A DNA stretch of 64,000 nucleotides from an uncultured cyanobacterium (GCA_963703315.1 OY969811.1:3072001-3136000); one strand, 5' to 3'. Shown: positions 28,319 to 38,890, counted from the first letter of the stretch. The notes: generated from the letters alone by a model not told the origin. A program made the numbers and translations.

Positions 28319-28927
28319 TTAGAATTGGGTTTGCTCAAACTGCACTGGTTTATATAAATCACTAACGGCGATTTCTAGATTTACGGACTTTAAGAACAGG
28401 CGATCGCTTAAGCCATATTCCGAAAACAACCATTTACCATCTTGATTGCGCTGAAATACTTCTACGATTGGTTGCTCGACTTGGACTAGGACATATTCTT
28501 GTAAGCTATCAAATTTGCGATATTGCGAAAACTTAAAGCCGCGTTCGCGTAGCGTCTCTGAAAGAGATTCGTAGGCTTCGGTAGAGGGTGAAAGCACTTC
28601 GATAATTAGACAAGGAAATAATACTAACTGCGCTTCGGTATCGCGTTGGTCACAGGTAACTACCACATCAGGATAGAAATATTTTCGGCTTGGCTCGACT
28701 TGGACTTTGACATCAGCTATGTAAACTTCACAGGTGCGATCGGCTAAACCGTTATCCAACACTTTAAAAAAGTTAAGTGCAACTCGATTATGGTTGCGCG
28801 TACCACCAGCCTTAGCGATCGCTTCCCCATTGAAATATTCATGGCGGGTTTCTTGGGTTGACTCCCACGCAAGATATTCTTCGTAACTCATCAAGAGGCG
28901 ATCGCTTAAGGCAACCATAACTGGCAT
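28319..28927 (-). CDS. Uma2 family endonuclease with an 8-aa in-frame insertion
   Basis: HEYFNGE, YFYPDVVVTCD, IIEVLSPST, LQEYVLV. Confidence 0.9.
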   Translation of the reverse strand: MPVMVALSDRLLMSYEEYLAWESTQETRHEYFNGEAIAKAGGTRNHNRVALNFFKVLDNGLADRTCEVYIADVKVQVEPSRKYFYPDVVVTCDQRDTEAQLVLFPCLIIEVLSPSTEAYESLSETLRERGFKFSQYRKFDSLQEYVLVQVEQPIVEVFQRNQDGKWLFSEYGLSDRLFLKSVNLEIAVSDLYKPVQFEQTQF

Positions 28928-29005
28928 TTAGAAAAATGGTTTGCAGTTTAATTTTAGCCCAAGGATTTTTAATGGCGCGGCTTTGCCGCGCCATTAAAAA
29001 TTTGG

Positions 29006-29716
29006 TTATTTGCGGACAGCTTCAATCAGGCGTGAGAAATAAAATGAGGTAGCGGTAAATTCTTTACGTTTGATTGTGAAGCCTAACTTCTTGAGAACCC
29101 CGATCACATCAGATTCTTTGTGCAGATAGGCGCGAGTTGCCTTGCTAGGACCTGGAACCATGTCGCCGACTTTTTTCATCAACAGATAGTAAGGATTTTT
29201 GGGGGCAAAGCTGAGAATTAAGCGCGATTTGGCGAGGGAGGCGAGATGCTCGATCATTAATTCTGATTCGCGATCAGGATAATGAATCAATACATCTAGA
29301 CAGATTACCGTGTCGTATTCGCCAGACAAAGCGGCTAAGTCTTTAACTTCAAAAACAGGATTTTCAGGATCGGTGGCGCGACTTTTACCTTCACCAACCA
29401 TTTTCTCAGAAATATCGCTGGCGTATACCTTTGCGCCCATTTCAGCGAGGGGAATGCTCAAGCTACCAGTACCACAACCTGCATCACAGACGGTTTGCTC
29501 AGAGGCATTTTTGTCATTTTTAAACCATCCCAACACATAATCGACGGTTTGTTGATGTCCAGTCCGAATATCGCGTTGGACACGGTTAACATCACTACCT
29601 TCACCATAGATGCGCCGCCAGCGATCGAAGCCAGTGGAATTAAAGTAATCGCGAACTATTTCCTTATCTTTAGGTGCTTTTGAATTTGAGTTCTTAGTGA
29701 GAGCTTGATTAGCCAT
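29006..29716 (-). CDS. chlM: Magnesium-protoporphyrin IX methyltransferase
   Basis: YFNSTGFDRWRRIYG, CDAGCGTGSL, CLDVLIHYP, GPSKATRAY. Confidence 0.95.
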   Translation of the reverse strand: MANQALTKNSNSKAPKDKEIVRDYFNSTGFDRWRRIYGEGSDVNRVQRDIRTGHQQTVDYVLGWFKNDKNASEQTVCDAGCGTGSLSIPLAEMGAKVYASDISEKMVGEGKSRATDPENPVFEVKDLAALSGEYDTVICLDVLIHYPDRESELMIEHLASLAKSRLILSFAPKNPYYLLMKKVGDMVPGPSKATRAYLHKESDVIGVLKKLGFTIKRKEFTATSFYFSRLIEAVRK

Positions 29717-29749
29717 GTTTGTGAAGAAAGTTTACAAAAAAATGATTTT

Positions 29750-29798
29750 AACCCAGAAATGAAAGGCGGCGCATCGCGCCGCCTTTCATTTCTGGGTT
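29750..29798. repeat. Perfect 23-bp palindrome, GC-ATC-GC loop, between divergent genes
   Basis: aacccagaaatgaaaggcggcgc-atc-gcgccgcctttcatttctgggtt. Confidence 0.85.
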
Positions 29799-29835
29799 TT
29801 ATATTAAACTAAAGCAGATACCAGAAAAATTTGCT

Positions 29836-30846
29836 ATGCAACTCAATCGCATCATTGCTCTTGTTTTAGTCGCTGTTTGCTTCATTTCCGCAACCTTTGG
29901 CATCCAACGCCGCCAAATGGAGGAGTCCTTAAGTTTAAAGAAAGTACTCGATCGCGATCGCCTTGAACTGGTTTCCTTAGATGGTGCAATTACGGGAGCT
30001 AGGGCTTCATCATCAGGGGCAATGGCAGTACGCGATCGCCTACGGGAACTGATTGAAGACGAATCTGTAAAGGGAGTTTTGCTATCGATTAATAGCCCTG
30101 GGGGAACGGTTGGTGCAAGTAAGGAGCTATACGCAGCCGTTAAGGACTTGAGCGAGAAAAAGCCTGTCGTCGTGAGTATGCTCGATCAAGCTACCAGTGG
30201 CGGCTACTATGCAGCGAGTTCCGCAACTAAAATTTATGCAAATGCTGGCACATTGACGGGTAGCATTGGCGTAATTTTAAGCGGCTTTAATGCGAAGGAA
30301 TTACTCGATAAAGTTGGTATCCAGCCCCAAACAATCAAAACGGGTCCTTACAAAGATATTTTTTCGCCATTTCGTGAATTAGGTGAGCCAGAGCGTCAGC
30401 TTCTCCAAGAGCTTTTGCAAAGTACCTATCAAGAATTTATTACCGATGTTTCTAAAGGACGTAAGCTCGATTTAGAAGTGGTGCGAAAACTTGCCGATGG
30501 TCGAATTTATACGGGTCGCCAAGCTAAGGACAACAAGCTCGTTGACGCGATCGGTACTTTAGACGAAGCCTCTGCCGATCTCAGAACTTTGGCGAAAAAG
30601 AAATTTAATTTACCTGAAGGCAAGGAATTACCAATTCGCAAGTCCCCTGCCTCCTTTGAAAGAATTTTAGATCAATTGCTCAGTCAGTCCAATGTGAGCA
30701 TTGCTCTACCATTTTTTGATCTGGCAGGAAATGGCAAGCTTTCTGGGGCGATCGCCGATCAGCTAACCTCAAAACTCGCAGGTCACAATATGCAAGCAGG
30801 CAATTACGATCCACCAATTCTATTAATGCCCAGTTGGGTTAATTAA
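29836..30846 (+). CDS. sppA: Signal peptide peptidase SppA (short form, S49)
   Basis: INSPGG, ATSGGYY, TGSIGV, KTGPYKD, ADGRIYTG. Confidence 0.92.
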   Translation: MQLNRIIALVLVAVCFISATFGIQRRQMEESLSLKKVLDRDRLELVSLDGAITGARASSSGAMAVRDRLRELIEDESVKGVLLSINSPGGTVGASKELYAAVKDLSEKKPVVVSMLDQATSGGYYAASSATKIYANAGTLTGSIGVILSGFNAKELLDKVGIQPQTIKTGPYKDIFSPFRELGEPERQLLQELLQSTYQEFITDVSKGRKLDLEVVRKLADGRIYTGRQAKDNKLVDAIGTLDEASADLRTLAKKKFNLPEGKELPIRKSPASFERILDQLLSQSNVSIALPFFDLAGNGKLSGAIADQLTSKLAGHNMQAGNYDPPILLMPSWVN

Positions 30847-30876
30847 TAAAAAAGGCGCAAAGCGCCTTTTTTTGTT

Positions 30877-31173
30877 TTAGGGTTTAGCGATTTTTTGTTT
30901 GACTTTAGAAATCACACCGCTAGCGATCGCCCCAGCCATGACAATACCTAGCACAGGCTGAATCAGTGGTTCCCATAGTTGTCGCCATAGCTCTAAACCG
31001 AGATTAACCTTGAGGGTTTCGCCACCGAGGGCAACGAGTAGCCATACAAAAAAGAAAAATACTAAGAACAAATTGAACATCAAAAATTTGTTCGTCCAGC
31101 GTCCGATAGTTTCCATAGTCATTAAAAATATGATTTTTTTATCTACAGCGCTTTGCGCTGACATGAGAACCAA
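30877..31173 (-). CDS. Small membrane protein (true start probably further downstream)
   Basis: Two TM segments, LWRQLWEPLIQPVLG. Confidence 0.65.
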   Translation of the reverse strand: MVLMSAQSAVDKKIIFLMTMETIGRWTNKFLMFNLFLVFFFFVWLLVALGGETLKVNLGLELWRQLWEPLIQPVLGIVMAGAIASGVISKVKQKIAKP

Positions 31174-31221
31174 TAATTTTGTTAAAAGTCTTGCTTTGCA
31201 AGACTTTTAACAAAATTATTG
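31171..31221. repeat. Perfect 24-bp palindrome, GC-TTT-GC loop
   Basis: caataattttgttaaaagtcttgc-ttt-gcaagacttttaacaaaattattg. Confidence 0.85.
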
Positions 31222-31367
31222 TGGTTCGCTTGGTTTTAAAAACAATCGGGGTAACGTTGCCGTCACCCCAATTGTTGATATCGTTTTTGTTTTATAAATG
31301 CGTCAGTACAAATGTACTTAAAAGTTTTTTATAAGTTTTTTGGTTAAGTCAAGACTTAAATTTAAAC

Positions 31368-31505
31368 CTATTTGAAACCAACTGCGGCTTGCCATACAAA
31401 AGCAAGTAGCAAGAAGAATACAGGAATCACGGGAAGAACGTTTACCAGTGGATCGAAAATTCTATACGCTTCAGGTAACGTTGCAATCAATAGACTAAGT
31501 GGCAT
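31368..31505 (-). CDS. psbK: Photosystem II protein PsbK (45 aa)
   Basis: [41 protein letters not shown] upstream of ATG at 31505. Confidence 0.95.
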   Translation of the reverse strand: MPLSLLIATLPEAYRIFDPLVNVLPVIPVFFLLLAFVWQAAVGFK

Positions 31506-31627
31506 TAAAAATAGACCTCCTTCAAGAGCTAAGATGAATTTTACCACGTCAAAGAAGCCATTCTTTTCTGAAAACTTTTTATGCGTAGTATCTTTATAGC
31601 GATCGCCAGTCTTGCTAGGAAAAACCC

Positions 31628-31714
31628 CAGAAGAGATTTGCGGCGCATCGCGCCGCAAATCTCTTCTGAGCATCAAAAAGAAAAAGGCGGCGCGATGCGT
31701 CGCCTTTTTCTTTT
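31628..31714. repeat. Two adjacent GC-NNN-GC palindromes downstream of atpG
   Basis: cagaagagatttgcggcgc-atc-gcgccgcaaatctcttctg and aaaagaaaaaggcggcgc-gat-gcgtcgcctttttctttt. Confidence 0.8.
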
Positions 31715-32660
31715 AAGTCAAAGCGGCTGCGCCACCGACAACTTCAAGAATTTCTTGAGTAATTGCGGCTTGACGAGCTTTGTTGTATTGCAGAGTGAGG
31801 GACTTGATCAGGTCAACAGCATTGTCACTGGCGTTATTCATTGCCGTCATACGGGCTGCGAGTTCGCTGGCTACCGATTCTTGCAAGGCGCGGAGGATTT
31901 GATTGCTGAGGTATAGAGGCAATAATGCATCAAGGATTTGCTCAGGATTCTGCTCAAAAATTAATTCCTTAGGCAATTCCTTAACGGTGATTTCCCGCTT
32001 TTCACGCTCAACTTGGAACTTACCGCCACGAGTGATCAAGCGAAAAATTTCATCGTCTTGAGGTTCTAGACCCTGTGGCTCTAGGGGCAGTAGGGTTTGG
32101 ACTACTGGACGAGAGCTAATCAAGGACACAAAACGAGTGTAAATCAACTCAACGCGATCAATTACACCAGACAAAAATGCTGAGGTAATTTCATCTTCGA
32201 TCGCATTGGCTTCAGCCGCATTAGGAATTTGGTTGAGGTTCGTAAATTTAGCAGCGATCGGTTGATCACGACGGCTAAAGTATTGCGTAGCTTTACGACC
32301 GACTAAGATAAAGGTGTAATTAATACCTTGTTCTTTTAATTCCTTAGCGCGAGCTTCGGCACGACGAATAATGGTTGAGTTATAGCCACCACAAAGACCG
32401 CGATCGCCTGAAATTACCAGTAGACCAACGGTTTTTACAGGACGCTTTTCGAGTAAGGGCAGACTGACATCCTCGAAGGAAATGCGCTGCTGGAGACGGT
32501 AAAGAACTTGTGCTAAGCGATCGGCAAAAGGACGGGTTGCCAAAACTTGCTGCTGAGCGCGTCTGACCTTTGCGGCGGCAACAAGGCGCATTGCTTCAGT
32601 AATTTTGCGAGTATTCTTAACACTGCCAATGCGATCGCGGATGGATTTGAGGTTAGCCAT
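31713..32660 (-). CDS. atpG: ATP synthase F1 gamma subunit (atpC in cyanobacterial nomenclature)
   Basis: [42 protein letters not shown]. Confidence 0.97.
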   Translation of the reverse strand: MANLKSIRDRIGSVKNTRKITEAMRLVAAAKVRRAQQQVLATRPFADRLAQVLYRLQQRISFEDVSLPLLEKRPVKTVGLLVISGDRGLCGGYNSTIIRRAEARAKELKEQGINYTFILVGRKATQYFSRRDQPIAAKFTNLNQIPNAAEANAIEDEITSAFLSGVIDRVELIYTRFVSLISSRPVVQTLLPLEPQGLEPQDDEIFRLITRGGKFQVEREKREITVKELPKELIFEQNPEQILDALLPLYLSNQILRALQESVASELAARMTAMNNASDNAVDLIKSLTLQYNKARQAAITQEILEVVGGAAALT

Positions 32661-32820
32661 GAAACTAAATTGCTACTTGCTATGGGAATACTATGAAAAA
32701 TTGGGTATATCACGGGAGACATACAGTATCTTAATAAAAAATTGCGCCATCAAACTGCAAACTGTTTTATATCCTTAAATTTTTGCCAACAAACTTTTAA
32801 TTTTCTTCTAACTGAGTGAC

Positions 32821-33672
32821 ATGATTGCTTCTCCATCCTTGTTTACATTGACTAGCCAAATCAACCCTGTTGAGTCACCTGACGATCTGCTGGAAATTGC
32901 GGGGCGTAAGTTCCGATCGCGGTTAATGACTGGTTCAGGTAAATACACCAGTTTTGACGTGATGCGCCAAGCGATCGCCTCTAGTGGTTGCGAAATCGTC
33001 ACTGTAGCAGTGCGGCGAGTGCAGACCAATGCGGCGGGACATGAAGGACTTGCCGAAGCGATCGATTGGAGCAAATATTGGCTATTGCCCAACACGGCGG
33101 GCTGCCAGACTGCTGAAGAAGCGGTGCGCGTGGCAAGACTAGGGCGTGAGATGGCGAAGATTTTAGGACAGGAAGATAATAATTTCGTGAAGCTAGAAGT
33201 TATTCCTGATCTCAAATATTTGCTGCCCGATCCGCTTGGTACTTGTAAAGCTGCTGAACAATTGGTGAAAGAAGGCTTTGCGGTACTGCCCTATATCAAT
33301 GCTGACCCCAGACTCGCGAAAACCCTTGAAGAAATTGGTTGCGTGACGGTGATGCCTCTAGGCTCGCCCATCGGTTCGGGTCAGGGCATTAATAACGCCG
33401 CCAATATTCGGATCATCATCGAAGAGTCGAAAATACCCGTTGTCGTGGATGCAGGAATTGGCGTACCTAGCGAAGCCGCCGCCGCAATGGAGTTAGGAGC
33501 CGATGCTTTATTAATTAATACCGCGATCGCCTGTGCGAGTAATCCTGTAGCAATGGGTCGGGCGATGGGCATGGCTTGTGAAGCAGGACGCACCGCCTAT
33601 CTATCGGGCAGAATTCCTGTCAAAGCTTATGCCAGTGCTAGTTCGCCCTTAACAGGAATCGTCAAAAACTAA
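32821..33672 (+). CDS. thiG: Thiazole synthase
   Basis: [34 protein letters not shown]. Confidence 0.96.
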   Translation: MIASPSLFTLTSQINPVESPDDLLEIAGRKFRSRLMTGSGKYTSFDVMRQAIASSGCEIVTVAVRRVQTNAAGHEGLAEAIDWSKYWLLPNTAGCQTAEEAVRVARLGREMAKILGQEDNNFVKLEVIPDLKYLLPDPLGTCKAAEQLVKEGFAVLPYINADPRLAKTLEEIGCVTVMPLGSPIGSGQGINNAANIRIIIEESKIPVVVDAGIGVPSEAAAAMELGADALLINTAIACASNPVAMGRAMGMACEAGRTAYLSGRIPVKAYASASSPLTGIVKN

Positions 33673-33699
33673 AAATGGCTCCGCCATTTTTAGTTTTTG
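33663..33699. terminator. Perfect 17-bp palindrome including the last two codons and stop of both convergent genes
   Basis: caaaaactaaaaatggc-tcc-gccatttttagtttttg. Confidence 0.8.
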
Positions 33700-34808
33700 G
33701 ATAAGGCATGATATTGGGCGATCGCCATATCGTAAATCTGACTCAACCTTTGAGCATGAATCGCAAGGGTAAATTCTTCATGAAACAAAGCATTACCAGC
33801 GATCCCAATGGCACGGGCTTTCTCAAAATTAGTAGCTAGATCAGTAATAGCCGCCGCTAACTGCTCTACGTTATTCGGGGCAACTAAAAGTCCCGTCTTT
33901 CCATCCTGAATATGCTCAGGAATCCCCCCAGTGGCGCTAGCAATCACGGGACGAAATCGCACATAAGCTTCCAGTGTGATCAGTCCCGCAGGTTCTGGCC
34001 ATACACTAGGAAAAATGACCGCAAAGCTTTGACGGTAGAGGTCTTCTAATTTTTCGCTCTGACACCAGCCATGCCAAGTCAGGCGATCGCCAATCTGTAA
34101 GTCTTCAGCTAGTTGACGCACCTGTGGCATTGCCCAGCCTTCACCCGCAATATCAAGATGAATCTGTGGATCTAGCAAAGGCATCGCTCTCAGCAACCAA
34201 TCCAAACCTTTATCAGGGACAATTCTGCCTGCAAAGAAAATATGTTTTTTGTCATGTACATCTTGATCAAGGGGCTGATGCGATGCTTGAGGCGCATTAA
34301 TTCCATACTTCAAGGTTACGACCTGCGATGCAGGTAAGCCGTTAGCGATTAACTGCGATCGCACATAGTCACTATTAGCAATCACCGTAATTTTTAACTT
34401 TTTGAGTGCATTCAAGGCACTATAGGCTCGCTTGAAATTATAAGTAATTTTTTGTGGACGGCGACTGCCACAGCCATCGATCAAATGCCCCCATGTACAT
34501 CCCAAAATAGACATTTGGCGATCGCACACTTTCCCCTGTGTTAGCAAATACTTAGAACCACTAGGACAATAGGGATTATGGTTATGCAAAGTGAAAACCG
34601 CAGGACATATATTTTTTAGATCTTCAAGTATGCCTGCATCATGAATATGTAGTAGTGGATATTGACTTTGATCAATATTAGCTAAAGATGGAAGTACATT
34701 CTGAGCATACATATCTGGCAATGTCGCCAAAAGTCCATCTAAATATGACTTGATTCCACCACCAGAAGCGGCTCCCGTAGCACAATGCTGAACCTTATTC
34801 ATAAACAT
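33690..34808 (-). CDS. GT4 family glycosyltransferase
   Basis: FAGRIVPDKG, PSVWPEPAGLITLEA, GGIPEHI. Confidence 0.9.
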   Translation of the reverse strand: MFMNKVQHCATGAASGGGIKSYLDGLLATLPDMYAQNVLPSLANIDQSQYPLLHIHDAGILEDLKNICPAVFTLHNHNPYCPSGSKYLLTQGKVCDRQMSILGCTWGHLIDGCGSRRPQKITYNFKRAYSALNALKKLKITVIANSDYVRSQLIANGLPASQVVTLKYGINAPQASHQPLDQDVHDKKHIFFAGRIVPDKGLDWLLRAMPLLDPQIHLDIAGEGWAMPQVRQLAEDLQIGDRLTWHGWCQSEKLEDLYRQSFAVIFPSVWPEPAGLITLEAYVRFRPVIASATGGIPEHIQDGKTGLLVAPNNVEQLAAAITDLATNFEKARAIGIAGNALFHEEFTLAIHAQRLSQIYDMAIAQYHALSKN

Positions 34809-34815
34809 TCATAAA

Positions 34816-35751
34816 CTAGATTAGCTTTCCTATTGATCGTGGTAAAAGTAATTTAAGAAGTCTCCGAATACCACCTAAGCTAAAGCGTTTAGACAAAGGA
34901 TGGTACTCGCTAAAGTAAACATCTACAGCTTGCTTGCGCTTACCTGAATTAATTAACTGGACGATCGCTATTGGTGCAGATCTTTTCAGTTCATATTCTT
35001 TAGCCCAAGCAATTTCGTCAGGAACATCAGTATTTAAAATATTCTGAAAAGATTGGGCGGCTGAATCAGTTTTCAACGAAATTGCATCACTACTAAGTCG
35101 ATATTTAGCCGTATATTTATCTAAAAAGAAAAAGTTTGGATATTTAATACTAAGTCGTAAACTAAAATCAAAATCCCCTCCATTACCTATTTCTTTATAG
35201 GAACGGTACTTTACAGACTTAGCGGCTGAAGCCAGAACCATGTAGCCATCACTGGGAAACTGATGTAAAATCGCAACTTCCAAAGAAGACTTTTGTAATC
35301 CAGCGCGATCGCTAGTACGAAAGAACACCTGATTGAGATTTTCACTGCGATCTATATCAATAACGCCATCTTCAGAAATGATATATTGCTTACCATAGGC
35401 TGCCACCAAATCTGGATAGATATCCCAGCAACTACTTAGTTCTTCTAGTGCTTCTGGCAGTAATAGATCATCATCATGCAGAAGGACAATTTTATCGCCT
35501 TTTGCAGTTTCATAGAGAAAGTTAACATTTGCTGCCTGACCTAGTGAAGGAGAATGCCGAGTATAAACAATAGGGATTTTACAATCTTTCTTAAGATCTA
35601 AAACTAAATTCTCAGTTATATTGTCAGGAGAGTCATCACCAATGATGATCTCCATAGGCTGAAGAGTTTGTTCAATTACTGACTGTAAAGCTTGTCTAAA
35701 GAGTTTATCTCTTTTATATGTAGGGATACAGACAGATATGGATAATTTCAT
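34816..35751 (-). CDS. GT2 family glycosyltransferase
   Basis: ISVCIPTYKR, IIGDDS, LLHDDD. Confidence 0.9.
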   Translation of the reverse strand: MKLSISVCIPTYKRDKLFRQALQSVIEQTLQPMEIIIGDDSPDNITENLVLDLKKDCKIPIVYTRHSPSLGQAANVNFLYETAKGDKIVLLHDDDLLLPEALEELSSCWDIYPDLVAAYGKQYIISEDGVIDIDRSENLNQVFFRTSDRAGLQKSSLEVAILHQFPSDGYMVLASAAKSVKYRSYKEIGNGGDFDFSLRLSIKYPNFFFLDKYTAKYRLSSDAISLKTDSAAQSFQNILNTDVPDEIAWAKEYELKRSAPIAIVQLINSGKRKQAVDVYFSEYHPLSKRFSLGGIRRLLKLLLPRSIGKLI

Positions 35752-35831
35752 TGGGTTTTCTGATTTTAATTCTTCTGGGAATTGATTTCACTATTTTTAC
35801 TTCTGATAAAGTCTAATATACAATACGTCTG

Positions 35832-36866
35832 ATGTGGGTTCAAAATACTCAAGTGATAGGAAGCGTTTATTTAGATATGTCAAAATCAATAAGAACAACT
35901 TGCCTAATTAATAGCTTTAACTATAAAAGCTACGTTTGTGAAGCGGTCGAAAGCGCACTATCCCAAACCCATCCTTTTGATGAAATAATTGTTGTGGATG
36001 ATTCCTCTACGGATGGTTCTGATGTTTTTTTACAGAGTGAGTATGAGCAAAATCCGAACGTCAAAATTATTATCCACGAACAAAATCAAGGACAGTTAGG
36101 AGCCGTAACTACGGGTTTTTTACAATCAACAGGCGATATTATATTCTTCCTTGATGCCGATGATATTTATCATCCCCAATATCTAGAAACTGCTTTGAAA
36201 ATATATAATGAGAATCCTGTATGTGACTTTATTTTCTTTAAGATGGCAGCTTTTAAGTATCACAAAGAAAACTATCAGGCTCCAACTCAGTTACAAATTT
36301 CTCAATATAGAGACTATATTCAAGACCGTGGATACTCTGTAATTCTTACTATGGAGGAACACACATTTGTTGGTAGTGCCAACTCAGGAAATTCCGTTTA
36401 TAGAAAATATTTAAATGAAATTTTACCCTGTACCTGTATTGGGAATTATCGAATGTGGACTGATAACTGCGTACTCTTTGGCTCTTCACTTCTAGGAGCA
36501 AGAAAGTTTTTTGTCGATCTTCCGATGATTGGCTATCGTAGACATTCAAATAATGACTCTAACAATGTATTTTATTTAGATAGATTCAAGTATTATCAGA
36601 GTCAACTTGCGACAATTCGTTTTTTCACATTTCTGCTCACAAAAACAAACTTAGACCGTTCTCAAATCTCTAGATTCGCTCCCTATGAATTCAAAACTAT
36701 CGACAATCCAACTTGGGAACTTTTCTTTACTTACTTCAAGATCATGTTACGCAATCCATCAAGTGTTCCGCTTGCAGCATGGCAATGGAGTAAGCTGTAT
36801 GGATTAGCAATAATGCTGAAGCATATGCTAAATAGATCATCAAAGAACGTCAAAAAACTAGGCTAA
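35832..36866 (+). CDS. GT2 family glycosyltransferase
   Basis: EIIVVDDSSTD, FFLDADD, YRRHSNN. Confidence 0.9.
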   Translation: MWVQNTQVIGSVYLDMSKSIRTTCLINSFNYKSYVCEAVESALSQTHPFDEIIVVDDSSTDGSDVFLQSEYEQNPNVKIIIHEQNQGQLGAVTTGFLQSTGDIIFFLDADDIYHPQYLETALKIYNENPVCDFIFFKMAAFKYHKENYQAPTQLQISQYRDYIQDRGYSVILTMEEHTFVGSANSGNSVYRKYLNEILPCTCIGNYRMWTDNCVLFGSSLLGARKFFVDLPMIGYRRHSNNDSNNVFYLDRFKYYQSQLATIRFFTFLLTKTNLDRSQISRFAPYEFKTIDNPTWELFFTYFKIMLRNPSSVPLAAWQWSKLYGLAIMLKHMLNRSSKNVKKLG

Positions 36867-36949
36867 TGCTCAAGTTAGGAGACAATCACCAAATGCAAAG
36901 CAATAGCGATAGTCTTACCTAGTCGCTTTAAGGAGTTACCTTAATATTT

Positions 36950-37978
36950 ATGAATAATTATCCTTATAGACTCAAAGTTGCGAAAGTCCCCGAAGAAGTG
37001 CAGAGACCTTTATGGTCAGTCATGATTCCGACATACAACATGAGTGCTAACTATATACGCGAGACTCTTGCTAGCGTACTTGCACAGGATCTTGGACCAG
37101 ATATGATGCAGATAATGGTTGTTGATGATCACTCTTTGAAAGATGACCCCGAAGCGGTTGTTAAGGAAATCGGGAATGGTCGAGTCGAGTTTTATCGGCA
37201 AGATGCCAATGTCGGTCAGATAAAAAACTTTCAAACTTGTTTAGAAAAAGCTCGCGGTCGATTAATTCATCAACTTCATGGCGATGATCTTGTATGTGAT
37301 GGTTTCTACAGAAAACTGTCGATCGCATTTGAAGAACATCCTGAAATTGGCGCTGCTTTTTGTCGTCATATCATCATGGATGAGCATGGAAATACAATAC
37401 GGGTGACAATTCTAGAACAGCCAGAGAGTGGAGTTTTACCTGAAGATTGGGTTGAAGAGTTGATTGGATTTCAACGAATTCAAACTCCTGCTATAGTTGT
37501 GCGGCGCGATGTCTATGAAGAGCTAGGTGGATTTGATAGTCGTGCAGGCATCGCTCAAGACTGGGAAATGTGGGTGCGTGTTGCTAGTAGTTATCCAGTA
37601 TGGTACGAAACTGATATTCTCGCTAAGTGGCGCAAGCATCCTAGTTCTACTACTTCTAACAACATACGCAATGCAACTATGATGCGCGATATCGCACGGG
37701 TGATATCGATTTTTAAAGAAGAAAATATCTCTGGTAGAGTTACTGATGCTCTGGTTAAGCATACAAAACAAAACGGTGCTTTCGATGCACTTTCCAAGGC
37801 AGACTCTTTGATAAATGCTGATAATGCTTATGCTGCAATCAATCAGATTAAAGAAGCCGTGATAATGCGTCCGAGTTTTAAGACAATTCGTTCTGCGGGA
37901 AGAATTATTTTGCTAGATGGCTCTCGTTGGTTATGGCGTAATTTGCTCAGAAAGTTGCGCGGAAAGTTAAAAAATTAG
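36950..37978 (+). CDS. GT2 family glycosyltransferase
   Basis: WSVMIPTYN, VVDDHS, LHGDD, GGFD..QDWEMW. Confidence 0.9.
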   Translation: MNNYPYRLKVAKVPEEVQRPLWSVMIPTYNMSANYIRETLASVLAQDLGPDMMQIMVVDDHSLKDDPEAVVKEIGNGRVEFYRQDANVGQIKNFQTCLEKARGRLIHQLHGDDLVCDGFYRKLSIAFEEHPEIGAAFCRHIIMDEHGNTIRVTILEQPESGVLPEDWVEELIGFQRIQTPAIVVRRDVYEELGGFDSRAGIAQDWEMWVRVASSYPVWYETDILAKWRKHPSSTTSNNIRNATMMRDIARVISIFKEENISGRVTDALVKHTKQNGAFDALSKADSLINADNAYAAINQIKEAVIMRPSFKTIRSAGRIILLDGSRWLWRNLLRKLRGKLKN

Positions 37979-38890
37979 GCTGATGCTAAGGCAAGAGCCA
38001 ACGACAAAATGTAAAGCAACAGCAATAAATCGACAGTTTAGTAATAAATCGGCGCGTTCATGGTTCTCACCAATAAACATACATAATTTCCATGCGATCG
38101 GTAAGCTGACTAGCACGATCGCTGTCCAGATCGGAAATAAGTTAAGGGCGATCGCCAGAATTGTAATTCCATAAATGACACCACAGAGCCAAGGCAAAAG
38201 CTGGGCTGAGCGCTTAGTTCCTAGACGGACAACAGGCGATTTTTTTCCTGCCGCCAGATCATCAGCAACTTGATTAAAGTGTGAACAAAATAAAATCAAA
38301 CTTGTAATAATGCCAACGATGATTGCCGCAGATAAAGAGCCAGTTGACCAAGATTTAGTTTGACTGTAATAGGCGGCGGAAACTCCTAAAGGTCCAAAGG
38401 CAAAGAAGCATAAAATTTCACCCCATCCCTGATATCCCAACCGAAAGGGGGGACCTTGATAGATATAGCCCAGAAAGCAACAAATAGCAATCATCCCAAT
38501 TACGACCAAATCCTGCTGTAAATAGGAAATAGCTAGTACACCGATAATGCCAAGGACTAGACAAATATTAGCGATCGCAAAAATTAGGTTTTTCTTTCCC
38601 GTGAGATTAACTACTGAATGGGCTTTGTTAACATCAATTCCTGTCTCTGCATCAAATACATCATTACAGAGATTTTCCCACACCAAAATCAAGACGGCAG
38701 AAACCAAAAATGTTAAAAAAATGCTCCAGTTAATTGCCCCAGTATCCCGATAGGCGATCGCTGTACCTGTAGCGATTGGTACGATCGCCACACTATACAT
38801 AGGAAATTTAATCGCTGCCATCCATAGTTTACGGTGATCAGGACGGGGATCACGGGATAACTCAGGGGAATCAATGAGACTTTTTACCAT
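37967..38890 (-). CDS. menA: DHNA phytyltransferase
   Basis: NLCNDVFDAETGID, YQGPPFRLGYQGWGE, DDLAAGKKS. Confidence 0.93.
   Translation of the reverse strand: MVKSLIDSPELSRDPRPDHRKLWMAAIKFPMYSVAIVPIATGTAIAYRDTGAINWSIFLTFLVSAVLILVWENLCNDVFDAETGIDVNKAHSVVNLTGKKNLIFAIANICLVLGIIGVLAISYLQQDLVVIGMIAICCFLGYIYQGPPFRLGYQGWGEILCFFAFGPLGVSAAYYSQTKSWSTGSLSAAIIVGIITSLILFCSHFNQVADDLAAGKKSPVVRLGTKRSAQLLPWLCGVIYGITILAIALNLFPIWTAIVLVSLPIAWKLCMFIGENHERADLLLNCRFIAVALHFVVGSCLSISLIF

Noticed and set aside
31506..31676. N-terminal extension of psbK in the ORF track
   Set aside because: Starts inside a palindrome; ATG 31505 with an RBS gives the expected 45-aa PsbK
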